A DNA stretch of 63,614 nucleotides, filler included, from Welwitschia mirabilis (taxonomy: Eukaryota): NCBI GenBank assembly GCA_051453625.1. It is 4 parts of one record of this genome, joined end to end, with 100 filler letters (N's around TTAATTAATTAA, not from the genome) between each part and the next. Parts side by side here need not be neighbours in the genome. Positions count along the whole stretch, not along the records: positions 45,248 to 61,370 come from JBOZIK010000001.1; positions 61,471 to 63,614 come from JBOZIK010000001.1; 2 more parts are not named here. The stretch is one strand, 5' to 3'. Position numbers and translations under genes: made by a program. The notes under the pieces were generated by a model. That model ran no database searches. It was not told the DNA's origin and saw only the letters and a list, made by a program, of their open reading frames with translations. Shown one piece after another: positions 52,392 through 63,614 of this stretch; positions within the stretch are counted from its first letter, which is position 1, and the number at the start of each line of letters is the position of its first letter.

Positions 52392-55300
52392 ATGGAAGTG
52401 ATTCCATCCATTAGACCTCCACTGTTTAATGGAAGTAACTATTTCATATTGGAAGACGAGGATGTAAGTGTATTTATTATCTTATAAGTTTTAGGTTTGG
52501 TAAAGCATTGAATAAGGGTACTCAGAACATATAAAAATCATAATAGACACTATAAGAAATTTTATTATACAAATCCAATCTAAAAGGAACTGGGAAGACA
52601 AAATAAAAAACACACTTAGCCCTTATAATGGAGGAATTTAAAAGAATAGCTAGAAGCAAAACTACATAAAAAATATAGAATGTTCTATTAGAAACATATA
52701 AAGGAACATCCATCATTAAGCAATCAAACTTCTTATTTCAACAAATCAGTTTGAAAATCTGAAGATGAATAATGATGAAAGAGTACATGAATACTTCACA
52801 AGAATCTCCAACATAGTGAATTTTATATGGAACATTGATAAAACTATTTTTGTTAAGGTAAGCTAAAAGGTTTTTACATTATTAACTCCAATATATAGGA
52901 ATTAAACAACAACCATGAAAGAATCAAGAGAGTTTAACTCAATGAAGGTTGAAGAATTAAAAAATTCTCTAATGGTTTATGAGATGAATCTTATCCAAGA
53001 TGGTGCTTTAGAAAAGAATTCTATTACTATTAAGACTAGAGATAATATAAGGCAAGTTTTATAAGAAAAAAACAAAAGAAGGATTAGATGAAGAATATGC
53101 TAAAATTCATATGAGTGAAGAACTTTCTTACATCACAAAATAAGTTTAAAGAATTCTTCATGCAAGAATAACAACAAGGATGACTATTGAAAATCATCCA
53201 GATTTTAAGATAGAGGTAGATCAAAAGGTAAGACTTCTAATAGTTCTTCATTTTATTCCAAATTTGATATTTTCAACTTAGAATGTTAGGTTTTTGAAGG
53301 AAAAGGACACAATACCTCAGAATTTCCTAGCTCTAATGGATTATAGGAAAAAGCATAAAAGAAAGAGCCCAAGAAAAGTAGATCTTTCTTCACAGAATGG
53401 AATGATGATGAGGATGCAACTAAAATAGAAACATCTAATGATAAGCAAGATCATTCATCCTACATGGCCATTATACATATCCAAAAGAAAAGTGATTAAA
53501 TATAAGAATAATCTAAATCAAATAGTAAAGGTGAAATAGACATGAATCTTTAAGATAGGTATGATTTAATTTCTGAAGAATTCCTTAATTTCTAAAAGGT
53601 ATATGCTAAATTGAAAAGATTATTTCTTTCACATAGATTAGCATAAGAACAAGGAAAAAAAATCTAATAATAGGTTAATATTTGAAAAATTATCTTTTAA
53701 AGTTAACATTATTAAACTAATGAATAAATAAAAGATGTTAGATAGGAACTTTTTAATACAAAAAAATCAATGAGACGTTTACCCAAGAAAAGGAGATATT
53801 AAATATCATGTTGGAATAATGCAGAAGCATAAATGATAAAAATTATTTGGATCACAATGAAGCCTTCACTAATGCTTTCGCTTTCTTATTAAAAAAAAAA
53901 AAAGGAACTACAAACCAAGATAAGCATTTCATGTATACAAATAATATTATCTATTATTACTTCTACAAATAAAATCATTATTAGTTTAATTATCTAATAA
54001 AATTTAAAATTAGATATTACACTAATATTGTCAAAATGCTAAGAAGTATGATCTAATGTTTTAGACAGGCTAAACCAAAGAAAATATGGATTCCAAAAGC
54101 AAGACTAGCTTTATTAGCTTAAATTGCATTACAAGTAATAAAGAAGCATACCTAGTATGTTAACAATTAATGTTTAAGGCATATTACTAGAGACAAATCT
54201 AACTTTACCACTTTGATAGTGGAAGACAAATGAGTGATCACCTTTAACATCAATACAGAGGTACTTATTAGAGGTATTAAAATCATTGGAGGAGGTAACC
54301 TACTGAGGTAAAGATTTTTTTCTTTATAGAAGGGTTACAACATAATCTATTAAGTGTGTGTTAGTAATGTGATAAAAATTGTTTTCTATTACTTTTATCA
54401 AAGATGATTATTTTATCAAGGAATACATCTCTACCAAAGTCTTATTTACTAGAATTAGAAAATATAATATCTACATCATTACTTTACAAGATACTTCTAA
54501 CAAAGAAACCAAGGGTCTATTAAGTACTATGGATGAAATAGAGTTATGACACAAGAATATTAGACATGTAAAAAAAGATTTGATAAAAAGCTTGTCCACA
54601 AAAAAAATTAGTAAGAGGACTTCCTAAGTTAAAAAGCATTGATAATCAAGTTTGTGCAGCTTGTTAGAAAAGAAAAAAAACAAGGGTAAGATTTGATTAA
54701 AAAATACTATTAGAACTAAAACTCCTTTAGATATTTTAATCTTAATATATTTGGTTTATTTTCTATAGAATTTCTTGATAAGAAAATATATTATCCAACT
54801 ATTATTAATGATTAGTCTTATTTTACATGGATAGACTTCCTTACACATAAGGACAAGGCATTTAATGTTTTCTCTAAGATAAGTATTAGGTTATAGAACC
54901 AACAAGAGCATAATATCAAGATTATAAAAAGAGATAATTGTACTGAATTTAAAAATGCAAAGTTCATAGATTTTTATGAATAATTTAGTACTCACCACCA
55001 ATTCTTTACATCAAAAACCCTGTAATAAAATGGAGAATCCACAAGAAAGAACAGAGTTCTAAATTAAATGACAAGAACAATGATGAATGATAAATAGATT
55101 CCTTATCATTTTTGTACAAAATCAATTAACACTACATGTTACATTTCCAATTGATTTCTAGTATGATGTTTCACTTTTAAAACTTCATAAAAACTATGGT
55201 CTAGTAATAAACCATATGTAAGTTATTTTCATATATTCTGGTCAAAACATTTCATCTTAAATGAAAATAATAAGTTAAGAAAATTCAATTTCAAAGTTAA

Positions 55301-58200
55301 TTATAAAATTTTTATAGGATATTTCATGATCAGTAAAGCCTACCAAGTGTTCAACAACAGAACTCATATAGCAGAGGAAATCATAGATATTAAAATAAAT
55401 GATACTAACTCAAATCTTATTTATGTATAATATTACTATATTACTATACAAATTGATCAATTATCTAATCATCTTCAAGTTCAATTAGATAGTGATGAGG
55501 AAAAAGAAGAAGAAACAGATAAGGAAAATTATTTAAATATGATCAGACTAAAGAGATGTCACTTCACAAGCTAACATAATAGGTAGTCCATATGATGGTA
55601 TTTAAATAAAAATCCATACTAAGAAATTCTATGGATTTATAACATATATTTTATAAGTATAAACCAAAACTTTTAATGAAGCAAAAAATGATGAACATTG
55701 AATGCTAGCAATACAAGAGGAGCTTAATTAGTTTGAAAGTCACAATGTTTGAAAAGTCACTCTAGGACCATATAATAGACCCCTTATTAGTAGAAAATGG
55801 ATTTTTGGAAACAAAATAGATGAAAATGATAATATTATTAGAAAAATAGCAAGGTTACTAACTATAAGATATAACCCATAAGAAGGCATGTATTTTGAAA
55901 AAAATCTTTGTACTAATATCATGTGTAGAGTTCATAAGAATGCTTTTAGATTTTATAGGTATCAAAAGATTCAAAACCTACTAGATGAATGTTAAAAGTG
56001 CCTTTCTAAATGGAGTACTTTAAGATGAAGTATATGCTAAGTAACTTAAAGGATTTACAAACTATTATAAATCAAACTATGTTTACAAACTAAAAAAGGA
56101 TCTTTATGATCTCAAATAAGCTTCTAAAGCTTGGTATAAGAAATTAGTAAGCCATCTAATAGAAAATGGATTCAAAAGAGGTAAATATGATGTTATATTA
56201 TTTATTAAAAATGATGATGAGTATTTTACTATTGTACCAATCTATGTAGATGATATTATTTTTGAAGCTACTAACAAATTATTATGTAAAAACTTGCTAA
56301 GATTATGCAGGATGAGTTTGCAATGACTCTCATGGGAGAGATGAGAAACTTCTTAGGGCTTAAAGTTATGTAACACAAATAAGGTACATTTATTTATCAA
56401 ACTCAATAAATTAAAGATTTACTAGTCAAGTATGTCTTATAGGATTATAAGACAAAAGATATCCCAATGAACCAAAGCACAAAACTAGATAAAAATGAGC
56501 ATGATAAGAAAACAAACTAGAAGCTATAAAAAGGTATGGTTGGTAGTTATTATATCTTATTACTAGTACATCTAATATTATTTTGAGTGTAGGGATTTAT
56601 GCTTGTTATTAAATTAATCTTAGAGAATCACATCTTATAGTAGTTAAATGAACTTTTCATAATCTAAAAGATACCACTAATTGGAGCCTTTGGTATTTGA
56701 AGCCTCATGCTTTAATCTAGTTAGGTATTATGATGTAGGTTGGGTAGGATGTAAAGATACTAGGAGTGATGTAAAGCGATGCAACCCCCTTATAGTTTTC
56801 TTTTTATATTTTGCTATATGTTGTATTTCCTTGTTTTTAGTCCCACATTGTCTATGGATTTCTATGGAAAGGACTTATGTCCTATAAATAAATGGCTTTT
56901 GTACTATTTTAGGGATAATAAAATAAAGAATTGAATTTTTATATTTGAAGGCTAATTGCCCTCAAAGTGTCTGTTGAATCACAGATCATTGAATGAGGTA
57001 GTGGAAAAATAGACAAAATCCCACAGACCATCGAATGAGGTAGTGAGCTTCACAGATCACCGAATAAGGTAGTGAAGTAAAACTTTAAATGCTTTCACAC
57101 TATGTCAAATGGTATTAGAGCCTAATGGTAACCGACAGTAATAGCAGTGGTCTCCATGACGATGCTCAGAAGGCTAGAGCCCTGATCCTTGGGGATAAAT
57201 CATTTTAACGATTGGAGAAACATTTACAGGGATGCTTGAATTAAGAAACCAACTGCAGATTTCATCACTTCAAGGAGCAGTTTGATAAGATTGCAGAACA
57301 GTTATATGCTATCAGTATCGATGTGGATCAGAACTGGATAAACAGTAGAAGGCCAGGAGTTAATGTTTCTTATGGTGACCTTGTCTATAGGCCTATCTGT
57401 CCAAAGGTAGAACTTCATGCATCTGCTTAGCTGATGTACCTTGACCCTGAGTCTAACTCAAGGATGAGTTTTTCTCAAGTGGAGGAGTTTGATGCAGAGT
57501 AATGTAACCCCCTTATAGTTTTCTTTTTATATTTTGCTATATCTTATATTTCCTTTGTTTTTAGTCCCACTTGTTTATGGATTTATATTAAAAGGACTTA
57601 TGTCCTATAAATAAATGGCTTTTGTAGTATTTTAGGGATAATAAAGTAGAGAATTGAATTTTTATATTTGAAGGCTAATTGCCCTCAAAGTGTCTGTTGA
57701 ACTACATATCATCGAATGAGGTAGTGAGGAAATAGATAAAATCCCATAGATCACCGAATGAGGTAGTGGGCTTCACAGATCACCAAAATGAGGTAGTGAA
57801 GTAAAACTTTGAATGCTTTCACGCTGCATCAAAGAGAAACATAAGTAAAAGCTACTTCTTACTTAGGTAATGTCTTGTATCTTAGAGTAGCAAAAAGAAA
57901 ACCTCAACTACTCTCTTAACTACTAAGGTTAAATACATTACTACTTAAAGTTATTATGCATAATTACTTTAGATGAAACAAACATTAAAATATTTTGGGC
58001 TATCCTTAGAGAAAATTTTCATATTGTAATAATAAAAGTGCTATCAATATCTTAAAGAATCCAATACAATATTCAAGAATCAAACATATTGACATTAGAC
58101 ATCATTTTCTTAGATAGCATATACAAAACAAGGAATTTGGGAATTAAGGTTTTCATAATCAATTAAGTTATTAGATAATCATTTTTAAAATATCAACCCA
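52392..58200 (+). pseudogene. Degenerate copia gag-pol, split by the insertion at 56767-57831
   Basis: RNase H reads WVGCKDTR, then the insertion, then RNISK (consensus WAGCKDTRRSTSG). Confidence 0.9.
56767..57831 (+). mobile_element. Miniature non-autonomous LTR element (TRIM-like, CRM-derived), 1065 bp
   Basis: LTRs 56767-57107 and 57490-57831 (TGATG...CATCA). PBS TGGTATTAGAGC at 57110-57121; PPT AAGTGGAGGAG at 57477-57487. TSD AGGAG/AAGAG. Internal region 382 bp. Confidence 0.92.
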
Positions 58201-58426
58201 CATTATGATATTATATGAGTTGAGATTATAATTATATGCTAAAATAGTAAATTCTATCATTTTAGTTTACCTTTATACTATGCTATTTCTATCATAATAT
58301 TAGACATAGAAAATTTTAAAGCTTTTTAATCTTTCAGAAAAGATGTATTTCAATGGAAGATGTCTATTAGAAAGACATATTTAGTATTATAAATGTAGAT
58401 ATCTATTAAGTAGATGTCTTTATATG

Positions 58427-61370
58427 TATTGCACTACAAATTTGTGTTTATTTGATGGGGTTTTATAAGTTATTTTGCAGGAATTTTATACAAGTTTAGG
58501 TGCAATTTTGAGGATTTTAGAGATATAAGAGGAAATATTAAAAAAGTGTGATTATTATCCAAATTTGATGTATTAAAGACACATTATAATACACAGAGCT
58601 TTTAAGAAGGAATATTGATAAAAATGCTAAAGTTCTCTTTAAGAAAATAATTAAAGAAGACTGTCATTTCCTGTGTCGTCTCCACAAAACATAGAATGAA
58701 GAGTGTTGATATGGAATGCTAAATCATCATTCTGAGAATATTTTATAATGAGATGTTATCCTTTGGATGATACTAATATGTAACCAACTTGAACAGCAAC
58801 CTTGGATCATTTCATTTATGATCACACCTAACCGCACCTACTATTTATCTTTTTTTATTATGAGTTGTTATAAATAACCACTATTTTAACTCTCCTTATT
58901 ATATTCATTAAACAAAAAATTCTCCTGATAGGAGATCAAAGGGTAGGAAATCCATCTTAAGTGTTAGAGAAAGATGTGAAATTGGTGAAGGGCTATGTAT
59001 CCTCCCTTGAGGCCTGACTATTTTGTAACATAAATGCTTGTTACTCTTTTAATATAAAACTTGGTTTTATTTTTATGCTTGCATCTTAGGTTTTTCTAAT
59101 TACCCTTATGGTTTATGATTATATTTGATCTAGTGACAATTTCTTGGATGACATAGATCATTAAGGGTAGCCTTTGTTAAGGCTAAAAGCAAGTAGTATT
59201 AGAGTTATTTTTGCATTGCATATTAGTTTAGATTGCATCTTGCATCTTCCATTATACCTTTATTTCTTTGCATTTGTTATTTATTTATGGTTCCTATATT
59301 CTTTTACAAAGAAACTTGAGTCTCATCTTATAGACTTCAACAAGATACGACATTTTAGGTCTAATCCCACTCATACTATTGTGATGTATTAGATAAGAAA
59401 TCTATTTTGGTTATAAATGATAAGATCTCTTTGAATGTAAAAGCTTGTATAAATACAAACTACAACATCTTAGCACCATTTCTAGGGAAAGGCTATTGAG
59501 GAGTACAAGGGTTGTTATCATTTAGGTTAGTATATCATACCTCTGTTTGTTATTTATCTATACAATATTGTATTTTATCAGGAGATGTAGGTTTTTTATG
59601 TGTTGTTTTTTAATCTCTGTCATCCCCATGACAGACAAGATGATAGTGTGCCATTTTTACTCTTGGTTTTATTTTTGGATTATGATTTTTCTGAAATAAA
59701 TTTGATTTTGTCATCTTTTATGATGTCCAGACGACCAAGTGGATGATAGTCGTATTTTATCTGTTTTCCACTTACTATTTTGATTATGGTTCTATTTTTA
59801 TTTTTTCTATTTTCTGTGCGTATCATCCTTTTTATTGTCCCCATGATAGATAGGATGATAGTGTTATTTTTTATTTGTTTTTTATTATTCTTTATTTGTA
59901 GGAACCGTGGTAAGTTCAATCTAGAAAAAGGATAATTAGAAAAAAAGGACACTGCTGATAGAAAAAAGCTATTAAAGAAGGACAATTTGGTTTCAAGAAC
60001 ACAAAATCTAGGTTCTTACATTATTTTTCTTTCAAACACATTTTATTTACAAAACTTTAAAACTCGATCATCTCTAAACACCTACCTTTATCTTGAACTA
60101 AGATTCTCTTCTTCCCATTCTTCTAAAAAATGAATAGTAATAGAAGAACCCATTTAAACAATTTTTTTAAAAGGTATAACAATGAATCTAAGAATAATGG
60201 TAATAAAACACTTGTGTAAATTCTTTCTAAAAAAAGGAGAAAATAATCCAAGAAGGATGATAAGAAAACACTTAGAGAGATTTTTGCAAAAAAGAAAGGC
60301 TAACACAAAAAAATGTTGAGAGTAGGGATAGGGCTCATTCCTCTTTTCAACCACCTTATTATCCCCTCTTTTCTTTTCAAAATCCATATAGAACTAATGA
60401 TGAAAATCTTAGATATTTAACCTTATACAATCATTTTTACCTATCTTATCCATCTCCCATAAACTACTATAAAGAAAAAATAATCCAATAGAAGAATTAA
60501 GGGACATAATAAAAAAGCACCATGACAATACCAATAAACTCATAGAACTTTGGTTGATTTTATTTTACAAAATCAAGGATTTCTTCTAATGTAAAATCCT
60601 CAAACTCATCCTTCTACATCTTATCTTGAGGAAAATAAAATCAACTTAGGAATGAATGATTATAATTCTTGATTCTAAGTTGAGAATAAAATTTTAGATC
60701 AAAATTCATCATTCTACTCATTAGGAGATAAACAAAGAGGAGACAACGAAAATTAAACTATATCTTTCAATAATGATGATGAGGTATTAGAAAATCATTC
60801 ATTAGATGAAGAATGAATTCATGAATGCTCTAAAAATTCTTTAATCTATGATAGAAATGATGAGCACATTTCCCCTTCTAGTGGAAATAACAAAATACAA
60901 CAGGATGATGAGAATAGTGAAAAAGAAGAAGAAGATGACATTAAAGTTTTATATCATATCCCAAACTTTCACATATTTTGTAAGGATGAAGGACTTTCAC
61001 CAATACTAGAGGCTCAACACTTGAAATTAATGTAGATAAGCATTGAAACAGAATCAATAGAAAATGATCCACTCAACTTAAATAAGGATTATAGTTTAGA
61101 ATTAGTGGAATTGTTTAGAGAGGAAGAGGAATTAAGTCAAGAAACATTAAAATATCTTTCATCAAATAATAAAAACAATGAGAGATTTTCTTTCTATAAT
61201 CTTTTAAAAGATCTTTATGAGGAACCCATCAACTTAGAAGAGAACAATAATCCTTAACAAAATAAAAATGAAGAAAAGAAATAATCAATCATAAAAAAGA
61301 TAAAGATATAATCAATGAAAGAATTATTCAAACAAGTATCTCTCCAAATCACATTCTTTTCTTTGAAATT
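58427..61370 (+). mobile_element. Athila-like element #6: 5' LTR (58427-59467), PBS (59471-59488), leader and degenerate ORF region
   Basis: LTR is homologous to 43153-44202 and ends TACAACA. PBS TAGCACCATTTCTAGGGA. Cut by scaffold end. Confidence 0.8.
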
Positions 61371-61470
61371 NNNNNNNNNNNNNNNNNNNNNNNNNNNNNN
61401 NNNNNNNNNNNNNNTTAATTAATTAANNNNNNNNNNNNNNNNNNNNNNNNNNNNNNNNNNNNNNNNNNNN
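61371..61470. other. Artificial scaffold spacer
   Basis: 44 N + TTAATTAATTAA (61415-61426) + 44 N. Confidence 0.97.
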
Positions 61471-63614
61471 TAAAATTTTAACAAGGCTTATAGATCAATT
61501 AAATATGAAAGGAAGTTAGCAAATAGAAGGGAATATAATTTGACCTCTATCTTATAATACCACTAGATCACAAAATAAGTAGTCTAAGATAAGAGAGCTT
61601 TCATAATAATATACAGTTTGGATATTTTAAGAGTGTAAAGGACTTTGAATAAAGAATAATTACAAAGATTTAATGTATTATACTATAATTTAACTTATGC
61701 CATCAAAATATTCGAGACGGAATTTGGTTAAGGGTTTAAATGGTCACATATAATTTAAGTCTTTAGGTCAAAATGTTGTACTAAAATTATTAAAGTAAAA
61801 CCTCCATCAGAAATTGATCCTAAGACCAAGCCATTTTATTTAATATTATAAGAACCATTCACACTATCATCACGAACCAAAAAGTTTGTGAATCTTAAAA
61901 AGGAGAGGAGAAAGTACCAGGTCACACTACCTAAACGTAAGCACAGAGGATGAGGAGTCATCCAAGCATGAAAAGCATTGCGCATGTTGGAAGTGAGAAT
62001 ACTGTGGTGGTTGTAGGCGCCATGGATTATCTTATGAGTGTGAATGTTCATGTAGTTGCGAACAACAATGGGTAGTTAGCTGCAAACGGCAAGGTGCAGC
62101 CAATGAACGCCAAGGGACAAATGAACGGTTACACTGAAGAACTAATTCAACAACGCAGGAACTGATTTTAATCTAATAATGCACTAGTGGACTGATGCTT
62201 TGGCAGGTTATGTGTGAAAAAAAGTGAGCAAGAAAGGGATGAATTACCAATTGTGGGCAACCAGAACTGTCAAATAGAATGAGAGAAAGATCTTACAAAT
62301 GTGCAGTTAATCAAAACAAAGGCTAAGATAATTTCTCTACCTTGAGGGAAAATTTTAAAGAACAAAAGGATGCAACAGATAGGGAGATGAATTGCATTAA
62401 GCATCGTTTGAGAGGAAGCTTTATGGATAAGGTAACCGATTTCAAAAAAAAAAAAAAATTCAAGAGATATAAATGCTATCAGGGTTTCCATCGCCATACT
62501 CAAGATGTCTAATTACTAGAAATGGTGGATTAACAGAGGATGGGTATCACAGGTGTTTGAGGGAGTGCAATAGAAATAAGGCGTTTCATCAGATTGAAAG
62601 TATATAATCAAGCCCATTTCACTGACTAAGGGTCCCATCTAAGTAATGCATTTGACACCGATGCATTAAAACACATTAATTGGATTTTGGCAAGTGGATA
62701 TGACAGTGGCTAAGGTGTATGCAACAACCCTATTAGGAGCATTTTGAGTTAACATTTCTTGGAATTATTGTTACATAATGAATATTATGATAGAGGGGAA
62801 ATGCCAATGCATTATAGATTGATGTTACATGAAAGAAGAAGATCACTGCACAAGGACTTAAAGTGCCACGGAGAGGGTTAACGCTTGCTGCAATTGAAAT
62901 TATCAGAATTAATAGCCATTTTTACTAGATCAAGAAACACTTCTCATTGAAACGCTTTGCACCTCACGTTCTTAGACAACTACGTCTCTGACTCAAGGCT
63001 AGCATTGCAAGTTATGCTATACAAACAACGCTTGAGAAAAGGAGTAAACGGTTAAAAAGAATGAAATAAATTCTTGCTCTTCACAATGCCCCTTTCTTTC
63101 TTCGCGTCAAGCACCATTCAAATTCTACTAAAGCTCTTATGTGCCTTAATCCATAACGTCTTCAACAGGGAGTGTGTCCACGTTGACCAAGACTAACTAT
63201 AACAAGATTGATAAATGATAAACAACTCATTTCCTTCTTAACACCCGACCAAAAGTTTACATTTTGAATGCAAATTAAGCAAATGCATCGCTGGTTCATT
63301 CCTTATTGGTAATGTTTGAATTACTGACCAAAACCGTTATATGCACAAGATCTTAATGCGAAGGTTACATTTTCAATTAAATGGCTGGTGTAAAGGTAGT
63401 GTGCATTATAGGGGAGGTTGATTGTTCAACTCCCAGTGGAAATGTTACACCATTATTTTAGCAAGCGGGCCTAACAGCCCTCTAACTTAGGTACTTTTAA
63501 GTGGGTGAAAATCCTCACAGCGCCATGCATTGGGAATAAATACACAACTTTAAGATTTAATTTCATCAATTAATAGTTGAGAATATGATCTTGAATAACC
63601 AAAATTTATTGCTA

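Larger units (their letters stand above)
50749..58426 (+). mobile_element. Sirevirus-like Ty1/copia retrotransposon (partial 5' LTR, PBS, gag-pol), decayed
   Basis: LTR end TATTCACC...TTCTCA at 52342; PBS TGGTATCAAAG (tRNA-iMet) at 52345-52355. Motifs: gag RPPLFNGSNY, EGLQHNLLSV, IQEELN*FE, YVDD (56243), [20 protein letters not shown]. Order gag-PR-INT-RT-RH. Confidence 0.9.

Noticed and set aside
56979..57075. CRISPR-like repeat-spacer pattern and let-7-like TGAGGTAGT
   Set aside because: There are only three units, with unequal short spacers, inside a plant LTR and duplicated with it. There are no cas genes, and the 9-nt let-7 match has no hairpin.
63194..63203. TAACTATAAC, the start of the I-CeuI site in 23S rRNA
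   Set aside because: The match is only 10 nt, with no flanking rRNA similarity.

Overview
This is AT-rich plant repeat DNA, a nested LTR-retrotransposon graveyard with no intact host gene. It is not one contiguous locus. Three artificial 100-bp spacers (44 N + TTAATTAATTAA + 44 N at 27172-27271, 45148-45247, 61371-61470) join four separate scaffolds. The window holds at least six decayed Athila-like Ty3/gypsy copies with a tRNA-Asp PBS. It also holds one Tat-type gag with a tRNA-Asn PBS, a near-complete Sirevirus-like Ty1/copia element, a Sirevirus-like solo LTR with a perfect TSD, and very old chromovirus/CRM-like relics. A 1065-bp CRM-derived miniature element sits in the copia RNase H. Coding regions are riddled with C>T/G>A stop codons. 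Small CpG-retaining islands include a possible signal-peptide gene start with a duplicated G-box promoter module, plus a T/C-rich repeat. I found no convincing new multi-gene system. The best leads are the mini-CRM element, the Athila-like lineage lacking the usual RT insertion, and the family-specific CpG palindrome arrays. All domain calls are by-eye motif recognition and internal boundaries are approximate.
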